Shown: positions 1 through 9,485 of the stretch, one piece after another
Position numbering within the stretch: position 1 is the first letter of the stretch
How the letters are laid out: each line of letters starts with the position of its first letter
Source: Chiloscyllium plagiosum
Lineage: Eukaryota
Direction of reading: 5' to 3'
Assembly (NCBI RefSeq): GCF_004010195.1
Contig: NC_057718.1
Span: 91,739,337-91,773,813, forward strand
DNA length: 34,477 nt
Translations under genes and position numbers: made by a program
Notes under the pieces: generated by a model
The model's input: only the letters and a program-made list of their open reading frames with translations
What the model was told of the DNA's origin: nothing
Databases searched by the model: none

Positions 1-399
1 ATGGCATTTTAGAAGAGATAGGAGTTTTAATTAGTACAGTTCTATGTTGACAGTTTATTGTTGTTTATCCGTGGTTAGAGTCTATTTAATTGTAAGGAGT
101 GGTTCTTGTTAAGCATAGAACCTTGGTCAGTGTTTTCTGTTAACCAGAGTCTATCAGATCGGTAAACTGGGGACTTTGCATTCTTTGATAAAATTAACAA
201 CTTTGGAGATGACCCCAGAAAAAAGCAGGGCCTAAAATCGAGTGTACTACCCCAGTGAGGTCTAACATCTTCTTTAACTGTCACACACAATACAGTTGCG
301 GAGTGACTTCCAAAAATTTGGCCCGACCAAATGAAGGAACAGTGATTTATTTCTAAATTAGAGCAGTGCTCCACTGCAGGGAACTTATGAGTGGTGGTA

Positions 400-565
400 T
401 TTCTCCTCACATTCTGCTCTTAATCTGCTACATTGCAGAGGTTGTAGGCTTGAAAGGGATTAGTGAATAAGCCTTGGTGAGTTGCTGCAGTGAATATTGT
501 AGACGGTGCAAATGCAGACACTGTGGGTGGAGGAAAGAGTGAATGCTTAAGCTGGTGAACAAGCA
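400..565 (-). mobile_element. Decayed 3' part of a CR1-group LINE
   Basis: agccttggtgagttgctgcagtg...tgtaga..ggtgca... resembles the reverse strand of a common chondrichthyan LINE 3' region. Probably the same element as 1141-1505. Confidence 0.45.
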
Positions 566-1140
566 GCCTTCCCACTGTCCATGGACTGAGACCCATATAG
601 GGCATCATCCTGTTGATGTCAATCCAGTGGTAGATGTTAAGTATTTCAACCAAACCATGGCATTTGCTTAAGGCACCTGGGTAGGAGGAACATCCTTGAT
701 TAAAGATACTTAGTACCAATGAGTGGGATCCTCCTCGGGATTGGAGGAACATCTGAGTGAAAGCCACCGCACTGCTATGCTATTGATTCCCCATTTCCAA
801 CACAAAAAGGTCCCCCAAACAATACATGAGGTACGTGCCTGGTCCGTCTTCAACCAGAGGCCTCAGGCTGATGTGGTACTGGCAACAGCCCCTTCTTCCC
901 CAATGATGCTGCTCAGTATACAAGAGCTGCTCATCTCTGGTTGGACAGCAGCTCTCAGTAGGTGAGACTTCTGACCCCAGAACCCTTCATTTTGACCTTG
1001 TTAGTACAAGATATGCAGACATTCATAACAAGGAATGTAGGACTCTCCACTGGTTGCCCAGACTCTTGTCACCTCCACAAGACTCCAACAACCAATTCTG
1101 ATGTTATCACAGAGAGAAGACAAGAGCTAAAAGAGGTGAA

Positions 1141-1505
1141 GATAATTGCGTTTGGATACTGCTTTGAGGAATTCCTGCAGTGACTTTCTGGGGCTGAGAT
1201 TATTAGTTTCCAACAATCTAAACTTTCGACCTTTGTACCAAGCACGTTTCAAGTCAATGGAAAGCTTAGTTTTCAATTTCCACTGACTTCGTTTCACGAA
1301 GGTCCTTCAACATTGCATCCAATCAAATTCTGCCTCATTGTCAATTATTACTCTCACCTCTGGAATTCAGCTCTTCAGTTCATGCTTCAAAAAAGGCTGT
1401 AACTAATCCTGAATCTAAGTGAACCTGGCATACCCCAAGCAGGACAATGACAGGTTGATGGGAAGCAAATGCTGCTTGATAACACTGTCAGTAACTCCTC
1501 CCACT
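1141..1505 (-). mobile_element. Decayed CR1-group LINE reverse transcriptase fragment
   Basis: The reverse strand gives degenerate RT motifs: ELNSRGE (ctctcacctctggaattcagctc) and an [14 protein letters not shown] stretch at about 1150-1182. Many stops. Confidence 0.65.
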
Positions 1506-2009
1506 TGTATTTTATCTGAGTTGATCCTGCTGCTGAACATCCATTTCACAATCATAACTCTAATAGGAGCTCATCACAACCCTTGCATACATTCCGACTG
1601 CATGTAGCCTGCAGCTTTTGAGTAAAAGGGAGAGTGGAGACAGTGTACAAGTATCATTCTTGCAACATTTTGGATAAACAGGTGTCAACTACAGATTCTT
1701 TTCAGCTTTAGACTGTTCTGATGAGTCTAAGAAACACATTTTTTAGAAAGTGAAGTAATAATGATATAAACTAAAGTATCTGTTTTAATAAAGTTCAATG
1801 AATCAAAAGAATTGCTGAAAACCTTTGCTAAATGTCATTTTGAATAGTGAACCTATTTAACAACACAAAATCATTGTTTTATCAATGTAATTTATTCACA
1901 CAGTTTGACATTAAAAAGTATTTTAAACATAAGAGGAGTTAATATGTAATAATATAACTTTTTAAAATAATCTCATAGAATGTATGCAGAGGGAAGAAAC
2001 ATTTCATAC

Positions 2010-2133
2010 CTCCCAGCCAAGTCCGGAGACAAAGTTTTCATATGCTTGACTTCCTCCAGTGTTGGTTAGAATTGAATACTTGTCTTCCTGTCCTTCCATA
2101 ATGTAAAACACAGCAATCTTATGAGTTTCCCGA
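2010..2133 (-). CDS. RALGAPA2: Internal coding exon (124 nt) of Ral GTPase-activating protein alpha subunit; start of the Rap/Ral-GAP domain
   Basis: Minus strand: ttcttattttcaag|T CGG GAA ACT...GGC TGG GAG|gtatga. It encodes (C)[41 protein letters not shown], matching the RALGAPA1/2 motif [35 protein letters not shown]. The leading T completes TG|T (Cys) with the upstream exon. The family call is near certain; the paralog call is less so. Confidence 0.93.
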
Positions 2134-2284
2134 CTTGAAAATAAGAAATGCAGATCCACATATTAGTATTATGGTTCTAAATATTACAGGACAGGAAGAC
2201 AAAAAAGCCATTCATACAACATACTATTATTATATCTAATTGGAAATAAAACATTTAATTATAGTTAAATAAAACAAAACTCTA

Positions 2285-2497
2285 GATGCTGAAAATTAGA
2301 AAGTAAAATAAATTGCTGGAGAAACTCAGGGTTTTGGCAGCATCTGTGGAGAGAAAACAGAGTTAACATGGATTCCAGTGATCCTCATTCAGAACTATAT
2401 GAAGAACAGTCACTAGACTTGAAACATTGACTCTGTTTTCTCCCCACAGATGCTGCCAGAACTGCTGAGTTTCTCTAGAAATTTCTGATTTTATTCC
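2285..2497. mobile_element. Fold-back (inverted-repeat) Penelope-like pseudo-LTR remnant
   Basis: Arms at about 2310-2392 and 2399-2483 are imperfect reverse complements (tggcagcatctgtggagagaaaacagagt / actctgttttctccccacagatgctgcca). A decayed hammerhead-like tgaaga...gaaac lies near the centre. Confidence 0.75.
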
Positions 2498-2866
2498 ATT
2501 TATAAATACTGGTCAAGTATTAAGTTTGTATAGCAATACATCTTTGACAGATCTGCAGCATTCAGCTGACTTGATCATTCCATAGAATAGCGACACAATT
2601 CCAAAAGAGTGGTCATTAGAAACTAGAAACGGAAAGATTCAATGCTTATTAGCACGATATTTTTAAAACTCAACAGAAAAATATAATTATTTAATTACGT
2701 TGAAAATGCAAGATGGTTATACAAATTCTCTAGAATGTTTCTACTGTTTCAGAATATTTAGAACAACTGAGTATTTGAATATTTAACTAAAATCCCTCAC
2801 TGCATGTTATGATCCAGAAAAATTGTGCTTTAACTTAAACAAGTTAGTAACACAAAAACTGAAATA

Positions 2867-3091
2867 ACTGTGGATGCTATAAATCAGAAATAAAAGCAAG
2901 TTGCTGGAAAACCTCAGCAGGTGCACAGCGTCTGTGAAGAGAAATCAGAGTTAATGTTTTGGATGTGGTGACCTATCCTCAGAATGGTTCTGAGGAAGGG
3001 TCACCGGAACCAAAATGTTAATTCTGATTTCTCTTCACAGATGCCACCAGACTTGCAGAGCTTTTCCAGGAACATCCATTTTTGTTTCTGA
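2867..3091. mobile_element. Fold-back Penelope-like pseudo-LTR remnant, same broad family as 2285-2497
   Basis: The centre is tcctcagaa-tgg-ttctgagga, with arms tctgtgaagagaaatcagagttaa / ttaattctgatttctcttcacaga. CTGAGGA core at 2990-2996; the expected GAAA box reads AAAA. Confidence 0.8.
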
Positions 3092-3749
3092 AAGTAATAA
3101 TAGTTGATAAGATTATTTTGAAATAACTACTTATTTTTGTGACTAGTTGAGAATATTTTCATAACTCGACTAAATTTGATCAAAAGTAACTACTACTTGC
3201 TTTCTGAATTGAACTGGTATTTGATTTGCTGAAATATTCAAGGCAACCCAACCAAAAAATTCGAAATAAATCAATCCTGAAAGTAAGCTTAATTTTGCAA
3301 TTAGTAGCGATGCAACAATGCTCATCACGAGGTACTACTAAGAGATCAAGTGCACTCTTTGGTGTGAGTTTCACCTCAAGTCCCATGTAGTGGTACTGCA
3401 ACAGATTGCAGCTTTCTTCAATGGACATTTATAGTGTGAGCAGGAGCGATTACATCAGGCTCTTCAAGCAACCAATCATAGAGTGCTCCAACACAAAGCA
3501 AACAGCAATAAAGTGAAATCACTAATTATTTTTCCATAGACTAGGCTGAAGATCTAAACACATGCAGGGCACAGATAAAGGTAATATGTTCAGGTTGTTT
3601 AATAAAAGTTAACCAGAAGCATTCCTCCATTATAAAGTGACCTGATTTAATCCAGTGTGACTTTTTAAAGGTTTTTCAAATGGTAATATGGGCAACAGAG
3701 ATGATATTGTCAATAATTGTTGATCGTGGCCAACTATAAGGGGGTATTT

Positions 3750-4140
3750 GCCCTAATGAGGCGATGGGGGACATTGGTGAACCCAAGAACAGTGGGACGC
3801 AGTGTTGCCAAGAGGTCTGTAGCCGCATGAACTGTACCACTTTTGTTTTCACCTACGCAGAAGTGGAACTCTATGCAGGAGAACCTCAAGCTCAAAATGA
3901 GTATATGCCGACTATGCCCAGTGTACGCCATGAAAAAGAAAGCTTCCAGCTAAGTGAAGAAGTTCAGGACAAATGTGTCCTAGGGAAGGCCTAACATTGG
4001 ATATTGGACATTACGGGTATGAACCAGAAAATGCAGGAAGGTTGTTCGCACTGATCTCAGAGCAGAGTGACAAACCACAGCTCTGGAATTTCCATGCTGA
4101 TCTGCATGAGGTAAACATTTTTTGTCATTGTCAACATGAC
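3750..4140 (+). mobile_element. Possible highly decayed Ty3/Gypsy-type integrase remnant
   Basis: Frame-shifted pieces AVLPRGL..., WNSMQENLKLKMSICRLCPVYAMKK, GRP, ILDITG loosely follow the H2C2 zinc-finger to DDE-core order. Weak. Confidence 0.3.
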
Positions 4141-4143
4141 CAT

Positions 4144-4231
4144 AGGCTTTTGCCCGAAATGTCGATTTTGCTGAAGCTCCTCGGATGCTGCCTGAACTGC
4201 TGTGCTCTTCCAGCACCATTGATCCAGAATC
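4144..4231 (+). mobile_element. Short 5'-truncated Penelope-like pseudo-LTR fragment
   Basis: ggcttttgcccgaaatgtcgattttgctg...ggatgctgcctgaactgctgtgctcttccagcacc, homologous to 23182-23247 and 28266-28345 in this window. Confidence 0.8.
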
Positions 4232-4439
4232 CAATGATGATAACCCCCCGCCATCCAGCAGTCCTGCAACATTTGGCTACATGTACCTAGATCACAGAGG
4301 AGCAGAGGATCTCAAAGAATAACTACAGAGTGACTGGAACCTCCATACCTTCAATTTAAAAAAAAGGTGCATTTTATCTGTTCTCCGATCCAGTTTTTCA
4401 AAGCTAGTTACCTTCATCCCTCACTGAAATTGTTTCATC

Positions 4440-4542
4440 TATTTTTCTAATTAACCTATTCAAAGATGTTATTCCACACCTCGAGAGCAGGCAGGACTTA
4501 AACCCAGGCTTCCTAGGACTCTGTCTCTGTGCCACAAGAGGA
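4440..4542 (-). mobile_element. Short tRNA-derived SINE (old)
   Basis: gagcaggcaggacttaaacccagg is a reversed B-box-like segment. Homologous to 21437-21548 and 32405-32508. Confidence 0.55.
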
Positions 4543-4879
4543 CCCTTTCAGACTCCACTGAATGGCAGTAAGCCTTTCAAGAACATTGGGATCGTTACAA
4601 GGAAGCCCATTAACACTGAATGATTTCCAACTCTTAAAGCTGTGGTTCATGAGAATCAGGAGCAGAAAGCACATTTTATCTCAAACCCTTCTCCCCAGTG
4701 CAAACATTTTAAGGCTAAATGTAACAATTAAAACCCCGAGTGGAAGAGGCAGTACCATTTTTCTTGGTGTTATCAGTAAAAAGTACTTGTATATTTAAGT
4801 GATCTATTTGCGTCCAAAATGTAACTATGGGCATTTTCTAAACACAGACTTCTACTCATGCTTTTTTGAAGCAATTATA

Positions 4880-5158
4880 GCACCACAGAAAAAAAACCCT
4901 TCAGCCTAACTCGCCCAAACCAACCAGATATCCTAAATTAATCTAGTCCCATTTGCCAGCACTTGGCCCACATCCCTCTAAACCTTCCTATTCATATACC
5001 CATTCAGATACCTTTTAAATGTTGTAATGGTACCAGTCTCCAGCACTTCCTCACGTCATACACACATCACCCTTTGTGTGAAAAATCTGTCCCTTAGGTC
5101 CCTTTTAAATCTTTCCCCTCCCACCCTAAACTTATGGCATCTAGTTCTGGACTCCCCT
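4880..5158 (-). mobile_element. CR1 LINE 3' end
   Basis: Homologous to the reverse complement of the CR1 tail at 28655-28893 (tagtcccatttgccagcacttggcccacatccctctaaacc; ttttaaatgttgtaat). Confidence 0.85.
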
Positions 5159-6021
5159 TGAACTTGGTTTTTTGTTTCATTGCTTCAGATATTTTAAATG
5201 TAATTATTTTGTACTTTCTGAAATGTACACAGCTATAGAGTGCATACTTCAAACAATATGCCATACTCATTTTTATCAATGCTGGTAGTTTCCAAAATCA
5301 GCCAATTGGGGCATCTGGCATATGCTATGCAGCTATGATATCATTGTGAACAACATCTTTAACAAAATTAGCCAGGTTAGTGCCTAGATGCCATTTGTCT
5401 ATTAAACATGAAGCAAAGAAGAAGAAAGGAAATGTATTATATATTGTACAAACGATGCACTGGGTTATAGTATTCCCTCAGCTCAAGGCTAGATGAAATT
5501 TGTAAAAAAACTTAAAGTCACATGCTAACAATAAACATGCGATTTGAGAGGATTTCTGTAGTTTAACAGTGGACCATGGAAGATAAAAAGCGCATGGTGA
5601 GAAAATAATGACTTTTTTTTAAGTGGGTTTGCAGTTACTGTGTTTCTCATCCAGTAAGGAATGATGCTCTGCTTGACCTGATTTTGCACAAAGAGAAATC
5701 ATAATTTGGTTTGATGAGGTACCACCATGAAAAAGGAAATAGGATATAAAGTTAACAGAAGCATGCCAAACCTGAAGGGATGTTTAGAACACAGAAAACA
5801 AAGAAATATTTTGCAGATGGAAAAGTTTTTGAGAGTAGTGCTTCCCAGTTATTCGCCTTACAGTACTCCTATTTACTACTTGCATAATTCACCTGGACTT
5901 ACAAAGGAAAAGAACAATAATGGATTTCTGGATGACACAAATTTCAAGCAAATAGCATCAAAATATTAAAAATTGCAAGAGGCCACAGGCTAGCAGAAAG
6001 AACAAATTGTAACTTATTGTG

Positions 6022-6219
6022 CAGGCAGGCCCAGGTTGCAAATGGGTTCTATTCCTAAGTCTGTTCGCAAGTCTATTTGCGTGCAAGTTGGAACATAATG
6101 CAGGATAACACAAAATAGACATTTGCAAGTACAGGAAATGTTGTATGCCAGATCTTTAAAATTACATCTCTATACAGGATCACATCAGTAATGTGTGCTC
6201 GTAAACTGGGGACCTTCTA
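6022..6219. mobile_element. Decayed Tigger/pogo-like non-autonomous DNA transposon (MITE)
   Basis: Imperfect terminal inverted repeats caggcaggcccaggttgcaa ... cgtaaactggggaccttcta, about 200 bp apart. Confidence 0.45.
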
Positions 6220-6295
6220 TCTAGAAAAACGTAGTAGTAAATTATACATACAAAGAGTTAAAGGGCATAGATCTTAAATGAATCAGAACAGAAAC

Positions 6296-7306
6296 AGTAG
6301 AGACAAAAACAGAAATTGCTGGAAAAACTCAACAGGTCTGGCAGTGTCTGTGGAGAGACAGCAGAGATAACGGTTCAGGCCCAATGACCCATCTTCAGAA
6401 CTGATGGTAGGGAGGATAAGTTGGTATTTATGCAGAAGATGGGGTGGGGCGGGGAAGAAGTTAACAATAGGCGGAGATACAGCCTAGAAACAGAAAAACA
6501 GTTGGACAGATAAAGGAATGGATAAAGGTCATTCTGGCAGAATGAGCAGCTGTCATTGGGGACAAATATCGGTCATTCTGCCATAACTTGCTTTTTGTTA
6601 ATGCAAATTTGCTATAACATGGTTGACGAATTGAGGACACTTTCTAAAACGCGAAGATGTGTAGGCGTAATGTGATTACTTTAAATGCTGCCTCTAAAGC
6701 GTGATTTTTCAGTAATGAGGTTCCACAAGAACGCAACTATCACGTTATGAAAGAACTACCTGCATTAGTTGACAATGGGCTGTGTGCGCGGTAGTAACCC
6801 ATGTGGTGACAAGACTGGTGTTTGGGCATTGGAATAAGGAGTTGGGAGAAGGTGCATAAGCCCTAAAATTGTTGAACTTGATATTGAGTCCAGAAGACTG
6901 CAGGGTTTCTAAGTAGAAAATGAAGTGTTGTTATTCCAGATTGCACCAAGCTTCAAGGAAGCACGGCAATAAGCCTAAGACAGGGATATTAGCCAGGAAA
7001 CAAGGTGATGTGTTGATGTAGTTGGGAACTAGAAGCATCTCGGACACCTCCCTCCCCTTCCTGGACCTCTCCATCACCATCTCCGGTGACCGACTAACTA
7101 CAGACATCTACTGCAAGCCCATCGACTCCTACAGCTACCGAGACTAACTTCCTCCCACCCTATCTCCTGTAAAAACGCCATCGCTTATTCCCAATTCCTC
7201 CAACTCCACCGCATCTGTTCCCAGGATGACCAATTCCACCTCAAAGTCCTAGATGGCCTCCTTCTTCCAAGATCACAATTTCCCTTCCCACATGGTTGAC
7301 AATGCC
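6296..7306. mobile_element. Penelope-like element with internal inversion (minus-strand 3' part about 6296-7035; plus-strand RT part 7036-7306)
   Basis: 6296-6405 is the same pseudo-LTR arm as the hairpins at 2285 and 2867. The plus strand from 7036 encodes SDTSLPFLDLSITISGDRLTTDIYCKPIDS...SHPISCKNAIAYSQFLQLHRICSQ, typical of the PLE RT C-terminus. Confidence 0.8.
6569..6762. mobile_element. Tigger/pogo-like MITE nested inside the Penelope-like element
   Basis: Imperfect TIRs TA-tcggtcattctgccataac ... gttatgaaagaactacctg-ca. It interrupts PLE sequence. Confidence 0.55.
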
Positions 7307-7307
7307 T

Positions 7308-7441
7308 AAGAGATGAATAGGAAGGGTTTGGAGGGATATGGGCTGGGTGCTGGCAGGTGGGACTAGATTGGGTTGGGATATCTGGTCGGCATGGACAAGT
7401 TGATCGAAGAGTCTGTTTCTGTGCTGTACATCTCTATGACT
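7308..7441 (+). mobile_element. CR1 LINE 3' tail fragment
   Basis: Closely similar to 28764-28893 (gaataggaagggtttggagggatatgggctgggtgctggcaggtgggac...ctgtacatctctatgact). Confidence 0.9.
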
Positions 7442-7494
7442 GAGATCCTGGTCACCAACTGGGTTGCAGAGGTACCACACTTTCAAATTAATTT

Positions 7495-8473
7495 CAAGTT
7501 GGTCTCGGCTCTGCCCTCTGCAACCAGATTCTCAACTTTCTGACCCACAACTGCAATCAGTGAAGACAGGTAATTCCATTTCCCCCACAATAACACTCTA
7601 CACTGGAGCCCCAAGAATGTATCTCAGTCCTCCACCGTACTCCCTGTACTGCCATGACTCTGTTGCCAAATTCTGAACAAGTGCCATCTAAAGTTTGTTG
7701 ACGACACCACTGTAGTAGGATGGATATCTAACAATGGTGAGTCAAAAAAAGAAGGGAGAGGACTTGGTGATCGTTGACTACATAAAGAAAAGGAGACTAT
7801 GTCCCCATCTACATCAACGGAACTGAGATTGATGGGGTGCATAGCATCAAGTTCCTTGACCTTGGAGTGACGATAACCGACAACCTGCTCAGGATTTTCC
7901 ACGTAGATGTGATGGTCAAGAAAGCACAACAATGCCTCTTCTTCCTCAAGAGCCTTAGGAAATTTGACATGACCATAAGGACCCTCATGAATTTCGACAG
8001 ATGCATACTGTCTGGGTGTATAATGGCCTAGTATGGCAACTGCTCTGCTCAGGACCATGAGAAACTACAGAAGGTGGTGTGCACTGCCAGACCATCCATC
8101 TACTCTATTTACATGGCTTGCTGCTATGGAAAGGCTCCTAACATCATCAAAGGCCCATCACATTCTGGTAATGATCTCCTATAACCTCTTCCATCAGGCA
8201 GAACATACAGAAGCCTTAACATACTCACTAGCAGGTCCAGGAACAGCTTCTTCCCGACCATTATTAGACTGATGATTAGATACTCTAGCCTCAAATAATG
8301 CTGATCTTACTAACATTGATCTTGCCTCATGCACACACTGTGCAATGTAACCAGTACGCCTCTAAGTTGTTTTGATCTGTACATCCTTGCCTACTATGAT
8401 ATGTCTGTAATGCTTGTAAACAAAGCTTTTCATTTACTTCGGTACATGTGACAACAAATCAATCAAATCAAAT
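7495..8473 (+). mobile_element. Rex1/Babar-clade LINE, 3' half, decayed
   Basis: Translates (with frameshifts) to TGAP...LSP..YSLYCHDSVAKF, KFVDDTTVVG, IKFL.LGVTITDNL, KKAQQCLFFLKSLRKF. Ends in an (aatc/aaatc)n tail at about 8457-8473. Confidence 0.85.
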
Positions 8474-8548
8474 TTGGGTTTGTAATCTAGTTTTGTGTCT
8501 CTCCCAGGAGGCTATATGATTTTGGGTGGGTTGGAGAGTACATATTGT

Positions 8549-9485
8549 GGAGAAACTAAGAACAGCAGATGCTGGAGAGTCAGAGTTGGTAAAGCGGCTC
8601 AGTGGTTAGCACTGCTGCCTCGCAGCGCCAGGGACCTGGGTTCGATTGCAGCTTTGGGCGACTGCCTGTGTGGTTTCCTCCAGGTGCTCCGGTTTCTTCC
8701 CACAGTCCAAAGATGTGCAGCTTACATGGATTGGTCATGATAAATTGCCCATTGTGTTAGGTGCATTCGGCAGAGGGAAATGGGTCTGGGTGGGATACTC
8801 TTTAGAGGGTCGGTGTGGACTTGTTGGGCTGAAGGGCCTGTTTCCATACTGTAGGGAATCTAATCTAAAGTGTGGCGCTGAAAAAGGCACAGCAGGTCAG
8901 GCAGTATCTGAGAAAAATGACAGTCGATGTTTCAGGCACAACCCTTCTTTCCGACTGGGGAGGGGGAAAGGTGGCTGAGAAATAAATAGAAGGGGGAGAA
9001 TGGGGCTAGGTGAAAAGGTAGGTGGGATGGCAATAGGTGAGCAAAGGTAGGAGGTGATGGTGATACTGGAATGTGAGGACAAGGAGTGGGGGTGGGGGGG
9101 GGTGGACAGGGGTGATGGTACAAGGGCAGTGGGCCAGGAAATGGAGGAGACATGATTGGGGGTACTGTTGATCACAGGGGAGGGAAAATTGTGGTTCTTT
9201 AAGTAGGACGACACGTGGGATGTCCTGGAGTGGAATCGCTCATCTTGAGAGCGCAAACAGTGGAGGTGGAGGAATTGCGATTAGGAGATCACATTTTTAA
9301 AGGAGGTGGGAGCAGGTGTAGTCAAGTTAGCTGTGGGAATCGGTGGGTTTGAAGTAGATATCAGGGTTGAATCGATCAGTGGAGAGGTCCAGGAGGGGGA
9401 GGGGAGGGAGGTGTCAGAGATGGACCAGGTGAATTTGAGGTCAGGATGAAAGGCACTGTTGTGGTAAATGAACTGTTCAAGATAT
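8549..9485 (-). mobile_element. Penelope-like element, 3' part (RT C-terminus plus pseudo-LTR), interrupted by a SINE
   Basis: The minus strand gives LEQFI...FHPDLKFTWSISDTSLP and RSQDERFHSRTSHVSSYLKNHNFPSPVI. The pseudo-LTR is split at 8549-8594 / 8866-8950. Confidence 0.85.
8595..8865 (+). mobile_element. tRNA-derived SINE (HE1-type) with CR1-like 3' tail
   Basis: A-box ggctcagtggttagc and B-box gggttcgatt; body ggtttcctccaggtgctccggtttc...cccacagtccaaagatgtgcag; tail gggctgaagggcctgtttcc...(aatct)n. Flanking repeat taaag at 8590-8594 and 8866-8870. Confidence 0.9.

Noticed and set aside
1..270. Possible 3' end of a solo LTR ending ...gtgaggtctaaca
   Set aside because: Only a terminal ACA and general appearance support it. 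No partner LTR, PBS/PPT or TSD is visible.
2990..3020. Active hammerhead in the second hairpin
   Set aside because: CUGAGGA is present, but the GAAA box reads AAAA and stem II has a mismatch. Likely dead, so it is recorded only as a remnant.
8595..8660. tRNA gene
   Set aside because: A and B boxes are present but there is no complete cloverleaf, and it continues into a SINE body and LINE-like tail.
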